Assembly (NCBI GenBank): GCA_964016885.1
Contig: OZ024756.1
Location: 10,044,001-10,108,000, forward strand
DNA length: 64,000 bases
Source of the DNA: Eledone cirrhosa
Lineage: Eukaryota
Direction of reading: 5' to 3'
In this document: one piece after another, positions 1 to 12,945 of the stretch
Layout: every line of letters starts with the position of its first letter
How positions within the stretch are numbered: position 1 is the first letter of the stretch
The notes under the pieces: model-generated
Told to the model about the DNA's origin: nothing
The model's database searches: none
Seen by the model: the letters and a program-made list of their open reading frames with translations, nothing else
Position numbers and translations under genes: made by a program

Positions 1-554
1 CTTTTTCAAACTTTACATATGTATTACTTATATTTCAGGGAGTGTTATGCACATAAAAAAATTCAAGGTCCTGCATTAGGTCCCACATTAGATGAAAAAC
101 TGCGTTTTTTCCAGCTTTTTAGGGTTTTTTTGAGGCGTTACGTCAGACCGATTTCCTTGAAATTGTAACTATGTATTAATCAGTCTCTTCTTCATACCGT
201 GAGCAAAGAAAATCCAACTTTTTTATGGCCTAGGGCCGGCATTAGGCGAAAAGCTTCATTTTTTTTTTCAGCTTTTTAGGGCCTTTTTGAGGCGTTACGT
301 CTAGCCAATTTTCCCGAAATTTCAAGGCATATTATGCACATAAAAAAAATTCATTTTCTTGATCCCCTAGCATTAGGTGAAAACCTGCCTTTTTCCTGCT
401 TCATCGAGGAAAATCTTAGGTTATCAAGCCATCAGAGTATTCGGTTTATTTTCTTTACATATTGTCCAGGCATGCAGTTTTCTCACGATTAGGTCTGTTG
501 GCGGCCCGCGTTCCAAAATACCTTATCCCGTGCAACGCCGGGTCTCACTGCTAG
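1..554 (+). mobile_element. Helitron-like element, 3' end
   Basis: GC-rich subterminal hairpin CCCGTGCAACGCCGGG (527-542) followed by CTAG|T at 551-554; internal imperfect tandem duplications. Confidence 0.7.
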
Positions 555-644
555 TATTATATATTATATATAAATTAACGATTTTATTTATTATATATTA
601 TTTACAATTTGTGTGTAGGTATGTCTCTCTGGAAATAGGGGGGG

Positions 645-795
645 GGGGTATTACGTGGCCGTGAGGGGGGGGGGGGGGGGGCTAGAGTATTATGTGGACG
701 TGAGGGTGGGGCTGACGGTATTATGTGGCCGTGAGAGGGGGCGCTGAGGGTATTATGTGGCCGTGAGGTGGGGGCTGAGGGTCTTGTGTGGCCAT
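645..795. repeat. G-rich ~30-35 bp minisatellite, about 5 copies
   Basis: Repeated GTATTATGTGGCCGTGAG...GGGGCTGAGG units. Confidence 0.8.
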
Positions 796-2026
796 GAGAA
801 CATCTGTATTTCCTGCACATAGAAAAAAAATGGTGGCATGGTCACAGTTGGAATGTCCTTGATTATAACTTCTGCTTGCTTGATTCAAGATGACATTAAG
901 ACTAATAGTAACTTTATCATTTACACTATTATTACCACAACAATTATCACCATCATCATCTACGAAATTTTGATATTATTTAGAGAACAATACCTTAACA
1001 TAAGAATAAGCAGCCAGTTTGAAGAGAAAGAGGTGAGAGAATTCTGACTGGATATGGCTGGTTTAAATGCTAAAGGGTTAAATATTGGGTCATCAAATAT
1101 GAAATTTGATGACCCAATAATACAAAACACTGGATTAAACAAATATTTAATTTGTGAACCTAACATTCTCTGAAAAACATACAATTTGTTTGCTGATTAT
1201 GTTTCTCAGTGAAAAAGCTCAATGGACGTTTGTCCAGAGCATCAATAATTCAAATATATTGTCAATCCAGACCACAAGAAGTGAATTTATATTTAACAGA
1301 TATAAATAAGATTAGACGGAGTTGTCCCAAAATCGATATTTGGTAATCAATAATTGATTACTTAGATCGATTTTCAATCCAGCTCTAGGAGCTACGAGAC
1401 AGCACTATAAGGAATTTTAATTTTCCACCTTAACACATGGTGTTTCCAAAATATTATGTTATATATGTAAATATATATATATATATAAAGTAATTCCGTC
1501 GGAAAGGTCCAGGAAAAAAGAGTGCTCTATGTAGGTTACAGAGCTTATTAGTTATGTAATAAACAAGATAAGATCATTATTTCGGGTGTTTTTCTGCTAG
1601 CATGTGTAGTGTGTTACACTGTCTTATGTAATCAGTAACGTAATCCATGATACATTAAAAAAAGACGATATTATATATAAACTGTATTAGGAGAAAATTA
1701 GTGATGGCCAACCGGAAGTGTTGACATTTGAAATTTTAAAGAAGTGAATCTTTAAATAAACAAAATATATTTAGTAGATAAATTATGTAATATTCATTCA
1801 TTATTTATTCAAAATCGAGATTAACTTTGCATTTCATCCTCACGGGGTCGATAAAATAAAGTACCAGTAATGTACTGGGTAATTTGCTGGCCTTGTGCCA
1901 AAAGTAGAAACAATTATTTATTCAAAGTAATCCAACTTATTTTACAAACGGGATAAAAAAAAATAAACTGTACGCAGTCCCGTAGACCTTTTTTTATTAT
2001 AGTTTAGATATATATCACACACACCA

Positions 2027-2450
2027 TTAGTAGTTGTAGTGGCGGTGGTGGGGTGGTGGCGGTGGTGTTAGTGGTGGTGGTAGTAGTTCTATTGGTGCTA
2101 GTAGTAGTTCTAGTGGTGGTAGTAGTAGTAGTAGTGATAGTAGTAGTAGTAGTGGTGGTAGTAGTAGTAGTTCTAGTGGTGGTAGTAGTAGTAGGTCTAG
2201 TGGTGGTGGTAGTGGTAGGTCTAGTGGTAGTAGTAGTAGTATTAGTGGTGGTAGTGGTAGGTCTAGTGGTGGTAGTGGTAGGTCTAGTGGTGGTAGTAGT
2301 AGTAGTGGTAGGTCTAGTGGTGGTAGGTCTAGTGGTAGTTATAGTAGTGGTAGTAGTGGTAGGTCTAGTGGTGGTGGTAGTAGTGGTGGTAGTGGTAGGT
2401 CTAGTAGTAGTGGTAGGTCTAGTGGTGGTAGTGGTAGTAGTAGTTGTCAT
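2027..2450. repeat. (GTA/GTG)n trinucleotide microsatellite
   Basis: Seen directly; source of the poly-T/poly-V ORF artefacts. Confidence 0.95.
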
Positions 2451-3161
2451 GATGAAGTAGATGGTGGAGGAGTGACTACATTACATGGTCCAGATGGCAT
2501 CCATATTTCTCTCGCTCCCTCTCACCCCCTCTCTCCCTTCCTGTCACCCCCTCTCTCTCTTCCTGTCACCCCCTCTCTCTCTTCCTTCATATTTCTCTCT
2601 CTCCCTCCCTGTCACCCCCTCTCTTTATCTCCCTTCCTTTCTCTCACCCCCTCTTTCTCTCTTCCTTCATATTTCTCCTTCTCCACCACCACATCAGCCT
2701 CTTTACTCTGTTTTTATCACATGCCATCTGCACCACCACCACCACCATGCCAATTATAACCCCTTATACAACACACACACACAGAGCCCTGCAATATTTG
2801 GGGCTCTTTACAATCCCACAGTCACCCCTTAACCTACTGTCTCTGCCTTCACAACAGTTTGCTAGAGACACACACACACATACATAATCTCTTAACCCTT
2901 TATATACACACATACACACACATGATGAATATCACATCACATCTCTGACATTCACAATTTCAGTTCATCCATCTTACAAATGGCTGCCGTATTCCACTGT
3001 CATTTCTACCTTTAACCTTTTAGCAATTAAATATTTGGAAGTATTGAAACAACCAATATTGGAAGAATTATTCTGTTATGGGGTAGGGGAGAAGTCTTTG
3101 AAACAAGAGGAGATATTAAGTAAATAGATAGTGTTGTTGCTCAATCCTGGCATAAGTTTAA

Positions 3162-3369
3162 CCCTTTAGCAATTAACCCAGCCGTATCTGGCCAGAATCC
3201 TCTCACCTCTTTCTGTTCAAACTGGCTGCTCATACTTATGTTAAGGTATGGTTCTCAAAATAAATATCAAAATCTCATAGATTCAATATTTTGTGAGATA
3301 ATTATGTAAGATAAAGCCTTTACCACAAAAATATAATAGTATATATAGAGTAATGTAAATGCTAAAGGG
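3162..3369. mobile_element. piggyBac-type MITE (TTAA|CCCTTTAGCA...TGCTAAAGGG|TTAA)
   Basis: CCC/GGG-ended TIRs with TTAA on both sides. Further copies at 33788-34529, 49305-49517, 54056-54278, 58595-59047, 60312-60797 and 63684-64000; partial copy ~965-1081. Confidence 0.85.
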
Positions 3370-4842
3370 TTAATATAATCCTTAGTTAACAGAAAAAAAG
3401 GACATCCAGTCCACCCTGTAAGGCAGTAGTACTGGTGCCATGACAAAATTCAACATGTTCACCATGTAAGGTAAGGTGGTAGTGCTGGTGCCACGACAAA
3501 CAACACCCAATCCACTCTGTAAGATGGTAGTGCTGGTGCCACAACAAACAACACCCAGTCCATTCTGTAAGATGGTAATTTATTTGTTGGAAGGCTAGTA
3601 GTTGGTGTAGGAGCGGAGTAAATGATGGAATCTAAAGTCTATCTGGAGCCCAAAAGCTCATCAGGCCAGTATTTATCTTGATTTCTGTGGTGTGAAATGA
3701 CAGAGTACAAGACTCCCCCCTGGACAGGACACCAGTCCATCGCAGAGTTAAACCCTCACCCAGCTGGTACCTATTTTCAGCTGAGAATACTGGAACAACG
3801 TGACATGGAGTGTTTTACTCTTAGACATTGGTAAAATATCAGCTTATTTGATGGAGAGGATAGAGGTGTGGGTGGGCATGTGGAGGGGGCAGGGATATCA
3901 GTTTGTTTCATGGGAGATGTGGGGTGGGATTGTGTTAATGAAGGCTTCATTGCCAAATGGGAGGTGTCAACTATTCACCCCCCCCCCCCTCTCCCTATTG
4001 GGCCCAGGGTCAGTGAGTACAGTAGAGTTGTATAGAAGCAATACAAGAAGAGAAGGACAGTGAGTTAAAGTTGTTCTTGAAATGGCACCAGAACACAACT
4101 GACAAAACTCTTGTGACCTTGCTTAGCTTTTTCTGATATAACAGATTTGTTAACTGGTTAACTATTGATGTTCTTCAGACAACTCAGTCTGTGTGTGTAT
4201 GTGTGTGTTTGTGTGAGTGTGTTTGTGTTTGTTTGTTTGTGTGTGTATGTATGTGTGTGTATGTTTTATTATTGTGAAATATCAGGTCTGGAAAGCAGCT
4301 TGAGTTCTGTATGATATTATGGTAGGTTTGGTATAGTGGTGTAGTGGAGTGGTGGAGTGTGGTGGAGTGTGGTGTGGTGTATAGTGGTGGAGTGTGGTTT
4401 ATAGTAGTAGAGTGTGGTGTATAGTGGTGGAGTGTGGTTTATAGTGGTAGAGTGTGGTGGAGTGTGGTGTATAGTGGTGGAGTGTGGTGGAGTGTGTTGT
4501 ATATTGGTGTGGTGGAGTGTATACTGGAGTGGTGTGGTGTATAGTGGAATGGTATGGTGTGGTACCTTTCCCAGTAAACCACAAATCTGAACTACTATTG
4601 TAATGACAGGAGAGGTTCGACGAGCTTTTGATTCCAGAGTCAAGCCAGATCAAAACAGATCGAACCTTGAGCTGATCAATAGCGAAACGCGCGTCACCAA
4701 TCAATAAACGTAATGGAGGCTTAACAAATCGTCCATGTATTATTATATACACACTCTGTTTAGCTCTACTCCTCGCTACAGACATGAATCTAAACATTGA
4801 GTGCTCACCTGGGTGAACGTACAGTAACTTTCCATTACACTC

Positions 4843-5185
4843 ATTTCATTCATCATTTCATTTTACAACCACTTTTTCCCTGCTTGCAAGGGTGGGACGG
4901 GAACTGATTCTGGCTTGATTTCTACAGCTGGATGCCCTTCCTAACACCAACCTCATTTACAGTATGGGCTGGGTGCTCTTTTGCCGTGGCACCTCCACGA
5001 CCACTCTACAGTGGAATCATATGGACCCCAGTCCCTATCATCTCATTTCTACAGCTGAGTACGCTAGAGCAATGTGAAATAAAGTGTCTTGCTCAATGAA
5101 ACAACACATCACCCGGTCTGAGAATTGAACTCACAACCTTTCCATTGCAAAGCCAATGCTCTAACCACTAAGCCATATGCCTCCA
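4843..5185 (-). mobile_element. tRNA-derived SINE family B (CORE-like body, RTE-like 3' tail)
   Basis: Reverse complement of the copy at 10664, with A box and B box head. Confidence 0.85.
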
Positions 5186-5214
5186 TCATATACATATATA
5201 TATATATATACACA

Positions 5215-5277
<63 letters not shown>

Positions 5278-5355
5278 TCATATACATATATATGTACACA
5301 TTCATATACATATATATGTACATATTCATATATATATGTACACATATATATCTTC

Positions 5356-5523
<168 letters not shown>

Positions 5524-5732
5524 GTTGTGTAACCACTTCTACCTAACTCGTCCCATGGACTGGGTGCTCTACCACTACAGATATTACTTTCCAGTGTTCT
5601 ACCACTATATATATATATATATATCTTAATCTTAGCCAACTTTTCCTTGATATCTTTCCTAAGCTTTAATAGATGTATACTCTATATTCTTCTGAGTTTT
5701 GGGCTTGTATTGGCCGATAGTGCTTCTTGTAG

Positions 5733-5786
5733 CTTTACTTGCCCTGATGAGTCCTTAATAGGACGAAACATTGTTGGCTAATAAAG
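5733..5786 (+). ncRNA. Minimal type I hammerhead ribozyme (Penelope-like element type)
   Basis: GCC-CTGATGA-GTCCT(TAAT)AGGAC-GAAA-C-ATT-G-TT-GGC: intact core, 5-bp stem II, stem I GCC/GGC extended by CTTTA/TAAAG, GUU triplet at 5773-5775; AATAAA just downstream. Confidence 0.8.
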
Positions 5787-5926
5787 ACTTTTGATGTATT
5801 GAAGGCTTCTTTGGTTTATTTTTTATAATTCTTTGGCTCTGTTTAATTACATTGAGCTATATCTTTACTATCATTTCTATAATATGAAGAGGGTGTTTAA
5901 CTCCAACACACTCTAGTATTTTAATT

Positions 5927-5959
<33 letters not shown>

Positions 5960-5962
<3 letters not shown>

Positions 5963-6190
5963 GTTCAAGAGTCAACCAATCTTAAATAGAGAGATGGAGA
6001 TAGGAGAGGAGAGATTGGTGAAAGTATTAGAAGCCAAAAGCGTAAAAGCATGTGCTCAATGTGCAATATGCAGTGGGAAGCAGCTAGAGAACTGGGTTCA
6101 TGCAGAGATTAGGTGCACAGAGCTGGAAATATTCATTAGTTAAGCAAATCAAGACCACAAAATTCACATGGAAGACGTTAGTTAAAGAGT
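5960..6190 (+). mobile_element. Unclassified interspersed repeat
   Basis: ~230 bp starting CAGTTCAAGAGT; second copy in reverse at ~13645-13892; both abut (TA)n. Confidence 0.7.
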
Positions 6191-7407
6191 GTCAACATAG
6201 TTGCAGTTTAATGTAGAGAGTGTCAACATAGTTGCAGTTTAATGTAGAGTCTCAACATAGTTGCAGTTTAATGTAGAGAGTGTCAACATAGTTGCAGTTT
6301 AATGTAGAGAGTGTCAACATAGTTGCAGTTTAATGTAGAGAGTGTCAACATAGTTGCAGTTTAATGTAGAGGGTGTCAACATAGTTGCAGTTTAATGTAG
6401 AGAGTGTCAACATAGTTGCAGTTTAATGTAGAGGGTGTCAACATAGTTGCAGTTTAATGTAGAGAGTGTCAACATAGTTGCAGTTTAATGTAGAGAGTGT
6501 CAACATAGTTGCAGTTTAATGTAGAGAGTGTCAACATAGTTGCAGTTTAATGTAGAGAGTGTCAACATAGTTGCAGTTTAATGTAGAGAGTGTCAACATA
6601 GTTGCAGTTTAATGTAGAGAGTCTCAACAGTTGCAGTTTAATGTAGAGAGTGTCAAGATAGTTGCAGTTTAATGTAGAGAGTGTCAACAGTTGCAGTTTA
6701 ATGTAGAGAGTGTCAACATAGTTGCAGTTTAATGTAGAGGGTGTCAACATAGTTGCAGTTTAATGTAGAGAGTGTTAACACAGTTGCAGTTTAATGTAGA
6801 GAGTGTCAACATAGTTGCAGTTTAATGTAGAGGGTGTCAACATAGTTGCAGTTTAATGTAGAGGGTGTCAACATAGTTGCAGTTTAATGTAGAGAGTGTT
6901 AACACAGTTGCAGTTTAATGTAGAGAGTGTCAACATAGTTGCAGTTTAATGTAGAGAGTGTTAACACAGTTGCAGTTTAATGTAGAGAGTGTCAACATAG
7001 TTGCAGTTTAATGTAGAGGGGTGTCAACATAGTTGCAGTTTAATGTAGAGAGTGTCAACATAGTTGCAGTTTAATGTAGAGAGTGTCAACATAGTTGCTG
7101 TTTAATGTAGAGAGTGTCAACATAGTTGCAGTTTAATGTAGAGAGTGTTAACACAGTTGCAGTTTAATGTAGAGAGTGTCAAGATAGTTGCTGTTTAATG
7201 TAGAGAGTGTTAACACAGTTGCAGTTTAATGTAGAGAGTGTCAACATAGTTGCAGTTTAAAGTAGAGGGTGTCAACATAGTTGCAGTTTAATGTAGAGGG
7301 TGTCAACATAGTTGCAGTTTAATGTAGAGGGTGTCAACATAGTTGCAGTTTAATGTAGAGAGTGTCAACATAGTTGCAGTTTAATGTAGAGAGTGTCAAC
7401 ATAGTTG
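6186..7407. repeat. 31-bp minisatellite, about 39 copies
   Basis: Unit GAGAGTGTCAACATAGTTGCAGTTTAATGTA; highly homogeneous. Confidence 0.97.
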
Positions 7408-7432
7408 GGATCCACAGGCCAACGCTATAGAG

Positions 7433-8126
7433 CAGCGGTCACCAACCTTTTGGACCTCACGGACCATTAAATTTGTAAATCCCGTGGACCACTAATATGA
7501 ATTATTTAAAAAATATAAATGTATTTGTAAAATAATGATCAGAGAACTTCTATTTTATTAAACAATACTGAAGTGTACCTGTGTCATATTGTCAATAGGT
7601 GATATATAGGTGTAAAATAATGATCAGAGAACTTCTATTTTATTAAACAATATTGAAGTGTACCTGTGTCATATTGTCAATAGGTGATATATAGGTGTAA
7701 AATAATGATCAGAGAACTTCTATTTTATTAAACAATACTGAAGTGTACCTGTATCATATTGTCAATAGGTGATATATAGGTGTAAAATTCTTTCATGGAT
7801 GTTAGTTCTTTACTGAGGAGAAAGATTTTTTAGGGGTGTTATAGAATATATTTCAACTGGATATTATTTTTGTTTTATTATTGTTTCTACTTTTGGCACA
7901 AGGCCAGCAGTTACCCCAGTACATTACTGGTACTTTATTTTATCGACGCCGTAAAGATGAAAGGCAAAGTTAACCTCGGCAGAATTTGAACTCTATTCTG
8001 CGAAGCATGGTGTCTGGCGCTCTACCGATTCTGCTAATCCACTGCTCTTATTTTTGTTTTATTATTAATAAAACACAAAAAAATTGCAAATAATGTCCAA
8101 ATTTTTCTGCGGACCACTGACCGCTG
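7433..8126 (+). mobile_element. hAT (Charlie/Buster-like) MITE with an 85-bp x3 internal tandem and a SINE insertion
   Basis: Ends CAGCGGTC...GACCGCTG; imperfect 8-bp TSD CTATAGAG/CTGTAGAC; 85-bp repeats from 7531; SINE A (minus) at ~7878-8047. Confidence 0.8.
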
Positions 8127-8315
8127 CTGTAGACAGCATGGTGTAAGGCGATTTTAATTGTGGTGGCAGATATAAGTAGCACTGGACGTCTTATCCACTA
8201 GAGGTGCGAAGTACTAGTCACAATATGAGCTGCTCAACTAATTAACTTATTGAGCTGCTCAAGACATGCACTGTGGTAATTATAGTATTACTACTTCAAC
8301 AGGAGGTATGGATAC

Positions 8316-8552
8316 ATCATCATCATCATCACTCGTCGACTACTGTCGAGATGACGGATCTCACTCTCATGCCCCAGAATTCCCTGTCCCCCATCGCTGC
8401 CCCCAGGTCCTGTCTACTGATTCCGTATCCCTAGAGATAACGTCAGGGAATAACAGCTTCCTACTCCTAGTCAGGCTGGAGTCAGGGTTCCAGAGCAAGA
8501 GAGCGGATATGATTTCATTGCTGGCACGGTGACAGTGGCCGGCAAATTGGAT
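8316..8552 (-). mobile_element. RTE-type LINE 3' end fragment
   Basis: QFAGHCHRASNEIISALLLWNP...FPDVISRDT is a typical LINE ORF C-terminus; followed by a (GAT)n tail. Confidence 0.75.
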
Positions 8553-8679
8553 ACATACATACAATGATGATAATGGTAATAGTGGTGGTGGTGGTGGTGA
8601 GAGGAAAGAGAATGTTTGTGTACAAGAGAGAGAGGAGAGTGTTCTACATCTGAGAGAGAGTGGAGAGAGTTCCACATGT

Positions 8680-9017
8680 GAGAAAGAGGAGAGTTCTGCA
8701 TGTGAGAGAGAGAGTTCTGCATGTGAGAGAGAGTTCTGCATGCGAGAGAGAGAGTTCTGCATGCGAGAGAGAGAGTTCTGCATGTGAGAGAGAGTTCTGC
8801 ATGCGAGAGAGAGAGTTCTGCATGTGAGAAAGAGAGTTCTGCATGTGAGAAAGAGAGTTCTGCATGTGAGAGAGAGAGTTCTGCATGTGAGAGAGAGAGA
8901 GTTCTGCATGTGAGAGAGGAGAGTTCTGCATGTGAGAGAGAGAGAGAGAGTTCTGCATGTGAGAGAGAGAGTTCTGCATGTGAGAGAGGAGAGTTCTGCA
9001 TGTGAGAGAGAGAGAGA
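8680..9017. repeat. ~21-bp minisatellite GAGAGAGTTCTGCATGTGA(GA)n
   Basis: Seen directly. Confidence 0.9.
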
Positions 9018-9585
9018 TTTAGCTGTACACAGTAGTGTAAGGTTCCAAGGAAAGGTTTAATAAAAGGAGCTTCAAGAATCTCCATTACCAAGATCATATT
9101 AGGGACTTGAGGAAGGATATTTTACATTCCTTGCTATTTACAGTCAACAGTATCTGGTTTCCACAGTCCTGGGGCCTAGTTTCCAACACCACCACCACTA
9201 CCACCATTACCATCACTAACACTACCACCATTACCAACACTCACCACCACCACTACTTTGTTTAGCATACCAATCACACCACCATTTTGATTACAGCCAG
9301 CTGAAGGATTTGTATATATATTTGTGTGTGAGTGTGTATAATGTATATTAATGTTTTATACATATATATATATATATGAATAATTGTTTCTACTATTGGC
9401 ACAAGGCTAGCAAATACCCAGTACATTACTGGTACTTTATTTTATCGACCCCGTAAGGATGAAAGGCAAAGTTAACCTCGGCGGGATTTGATATATATAT
9501 ATATATATATATGAATAATCTATGTTAATATTATGTATGAATATATATATATATATATATATTCATGCATAATATTATTTTCATT

Positions 9586-9621
<36 letters not shown>

Positions 9622-10179
9622 TATATGTGTATGTGTATGTATAAATAATTGTTTCTACTTTAGGCACAAGGCCAGCAATTACCCAGTACATTACTGGTAC
9701 TTTATTTTATCGACCCCGTAAGGATGAAAGGCAAAGTTAACCTCGGCGGGATTTGAACTCAGAATGGCAAGGGCCGTAACTCTATGCTAGAAAGCATGGC
9801 GTCCAACCCTCTCCCAATACTGCCAATTCACCGAATGTATATTAATTTTGTGTGGTTTACAGATTACTGTTGAAATTTCATATTAAAATATTGGGGCTTA
9901 GATACAATCGAGCTTTACCACATGGCTGGGATACAAACATGTATAGCCTTGTGTGTAGATGTGTGTGTGTGGGTGGGTGGCTGTGGATGTATGGATGTAT
10001 ATGTGTGGGTGTGTGTGTAGATGTGTGGATGTGTGTAGGCATGTGTAGATGTGTGGGTTTCTTTACATTTACACACACAATCATATGTACAATGAAATGA
10101 TTGTGTTTTTCACAATAGTGTGAACTGTAATAAAGTTACTCAGTGCTGCCATTAGGTAACAAAAAGAACTTAATACATG

Positions 10180-10650
10180 AAGTAGAGTGCGGATCAGGAA
10201 CCTGAAACTATGTTTCTCTTTCTCTTAATTTCGAGTATATTTTTGACTGGCCACCTTCCTGGTGGCAAGGTTGTAAAAGAAAAGAAATTGTCATCCCTTG
10301 AATCACAAGAATGTTTTGCAAATTTTGAAGTAGACAGCTATCACAGCCATTTGTAGACTATGAATTAGGGAGCTGCATTCTTTGTCCACAAATCCAAGTT
10401 CAGTCATACTTTGGTCCTAGTGGGTTGGTATATAACCTGTAGCTCCAATAATGATGGATATGAAGCTGAAGGTGTATCTTGGATACTGGGTCTGCAAACT
10501 TCTCATCAATGGTCCATAGATGTCCTCCTTTTCGTGTATTTTTCCGACAACGTTTACATCTAGTGGGCAGCTGATCTCCACAACAGAACACATTTTCAAT
10601 GTGTGGTCCCCAACAACAATATCAGGCTGGTTGTGCTTTAATTTAATATG
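10180..10650 (-). mobile_element. R4/Dong-like non-LTR retrotransposon 3' fragment (restriction-like endonuclease)
   Basis: KHNQPDIVV...VVEISCPLDVNV..K..EK...YGPL...IIIGATG matches the PD..E RLE domain; decayed. Confidence 0.8.
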
Positions 10651-10663
10651 TATGTATATATAT

Positions 10664-10998
10664 GGAGGCACATGGCTTAGTGGTTAGAGCATTGGCCTTG
10701 CAATCGAAAGGTTGTGAGTTCAATTCTCAGACCGAGCGATGTGTTGTTTCCTTGAGCAAGGCACTTTATTTCACATTGCTCCAGTTTACTCAGCTGTAGA
10801 AATGAGATGATAGGGACTGGGTCCCTATCATTCCATTGCAAAGTGGTTGTGGAGGTGCCACGGCAAAAAAGCACCCACCACTCACTGTAAATGAGGTTGG
10901 TGTTAGGAAGGGCATCCAGCTGTAGAAATAAAGCCAGAATCAGTTCCCGTCCCACCCTTGCAAGCAGGGAAAAGTGGACGTAAAAATGAAATGAATGA
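10664..10998 (+). mobile_element. tRNA-derived SINE family B, full length
   Basis: A box TGGCTTAGTGG, B box GAGTTCAATTC, CORE-like TCCTTGAGCAAGGCACTT, tail GGTGTTAGGAAGGGCATCCAGC shared with RTE 3' UTRs in this window. Other copies ~40516-40902(-), 43988-44306(-), 58750-58902(-), 17895-18010(-), 25380-25640(-), 3640-3830(-). Confidence 0.88.
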
Positions 10999-12131
10999 AA
11001 AATATGTATGTATGTATGCATACGACTGTGTGTGTGTATGTAAGTATGTATATATGTATGATGTGCATACGACTGTGTGTGTGTATGTAAGTATGTATAT
11101 ATGTATGATGTGCATGTATGTATAAACATAAATACTTGAGACACTTTGAACCACACACTTCCAAAGATGAGATACTTTCTATTTACAAACAAAATTAAAA
11201 AATATTTCGATAAAATAAAAAAAAATATTCATTTTCTTAAATGCTGTGTGAGTTTGTATATACACGTGTGTGTGTGTATTTATATATGTGTCTATGTGTA
11301 TACATGTGTCTGTGTGTATATATGTATGTGTGTATTCAGGTGTGTGTGTATGTGTTTCGGTACACTCTTATATTGACATGTATTTGTGTATGTCACTTGT
11401 GAATGTGTGTGTGTGTGTCAGTACACACTTGTAGCTGAGGGTGAACATGTATGTTTATATATGTGTGTGTGTGTGTATGTTTATATATGTGTGTATGAGT
11501 ATCTTTATATGTGTGTGTGTATGTTTAGATGTGGGTGTGTGTATGTTTAGATGTGTGTCTATGTTTATGTGTGTGTGTGTATGTTTATATATGTGTGTGA
11601 GTATGTATATATGCGTGTGAGTATGTTTATATATGTGTGTGTGTATGTATATTTATATATGTGTGTGTATGTATATTTATATGTGTGTGTGTATGTTCAT
11701 ATATGTGTGTGAGTATGTTTATATATGCGTGTGTATATTTAGTGGGGAAGGGTGGGGGTGTCAAAAGACCTGGTAGCTACAAGCGGTGGAGGTCCCCCCC
11801 GGGGGAAACCATGTTAACCATCTGTAGTTAATCCCCATAGATACAGCAAGGGTATCTTTAGGAGAGTCACTGATCATTCATGATCTAGCATGGGTTCTAC
11901 AACTAGATAACCTGCGTTACAGAGTGTACCAGCACTCTAGAGGTTGTCTCATCACCATATTGTTATTTTATCAGTAATATATATAACAGGTACATACATA
12001 TATATATATATATATATAACAGATACATATATATATATATATATAGTAATAATAATAAATTTGAAGACTAAAATCCGAAGAGGGCTCGATAAGGATAAAT
12101 ATTTATCAAATATATAAGAACCGTAGAGCAA

Positions 12132-12693
12132 ATATTTATTGAAATAAAAGATTAAAGTTTAAGCAAAGAATCGCTGCTTTCACCCTTAACGGAATCTTCT
12201 GAAACTAACAAAGTCAATCTGTGAACGCAGAAGTGAATATTTCAAAAAACGTTGCAACCGGAGGAAGACAGGAAGACGATACTTTTGTTCGTGGAAACAT
12301 TCCCTGGCAAAGAACGGGAAAAAACGAATATAATACGTCATTATTTGGAGCGGTGAAAAACAATTACACGCAAAGACAAAACCACGTTTATGGAATAAAA
12401 GAAGATAATATTAGTCTACGACTTCTTTTATACCATAAACGTGGTTTTGTCTTTGCGTGTAATTGTTTTTCACCGCTCCAAATAATGATGTATTATATTT
12501 GTTTTTTCCCGTTCTTTGCCAGGGAACGTTTCCACGAACCAAAGTATCGTCTTCCTGTCTTCCTCCGGTTGCAACGTTTTTTGAAATATTCACTTCTGCG
12601 TTCACAGATTGACTTTGTTAGTTTCAGAAGATCCAGTTAAGGGTGAAAGCAGCGATTCTTTGCTTAAACTTTAATCTGTTATTTTAATAAATA
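12132..12693. repeat. Long fold-back inverted repeat (~270-bp arms, ~17-bp spacer)
   Basis: 12132-12404 is the reverse complement of 12422-12693; mirrored ORFs MNAEVNISKNVATGG appear on both strands. Confidence 0.95.
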
Positions 12694-12704
12694 TATATAT
12701 ACTG

Positions 12705-12945
12705 ATTAATGTTCAGAGCCATCCTCAGCATTCTCGTTTAGCACCCATCCACCATCTGAATGAGTTTCTTGGTCAGTGTCCAAATCTCAGACCCGTACAG
12801 CAGCACAGACTCCACTACAGCAATGAAGAGGCGGACCTTCAGGTTTTTACGAAGGTCCGACTTCCACACTGATCTCAAGCTGTGGCACGCCGCCCAGGCT
12901 TTGCTCTTCCTCTCAACCACATCATCTTCTGTATTCCCAATCTTT
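12705..12945 (-). mobile_element. RTE-type LINE fragment (post-RT region)
   Basis: RKSKAWAACHSLRSVWKS...KVRLFIAVVESVLLYGSEIWTLTKK..DGC. Confidence 0.85.

Noticed and set aside
1210-1342. Possible upstream exon after a ctcag acceptor
   Set aside because: Open frame has no Ig or signal-peptide features; no independent support.
6186-7407. CRISPR-like 31-bp repeats
   Set aside because: Head-to-tail tandem units with no unique spacers, no cas genes, eukaryotic context.
10664-10740. tRNA gene
   Set aside because: A/B boxes belong to SINE heads that continue into SINE bodies; no complete cloverleaf identified.
12221-12640. 139-aa ORF and mirrored 64-aa ORF
   Set aside because: By-products of the inverted repeat; no recognisable domain.
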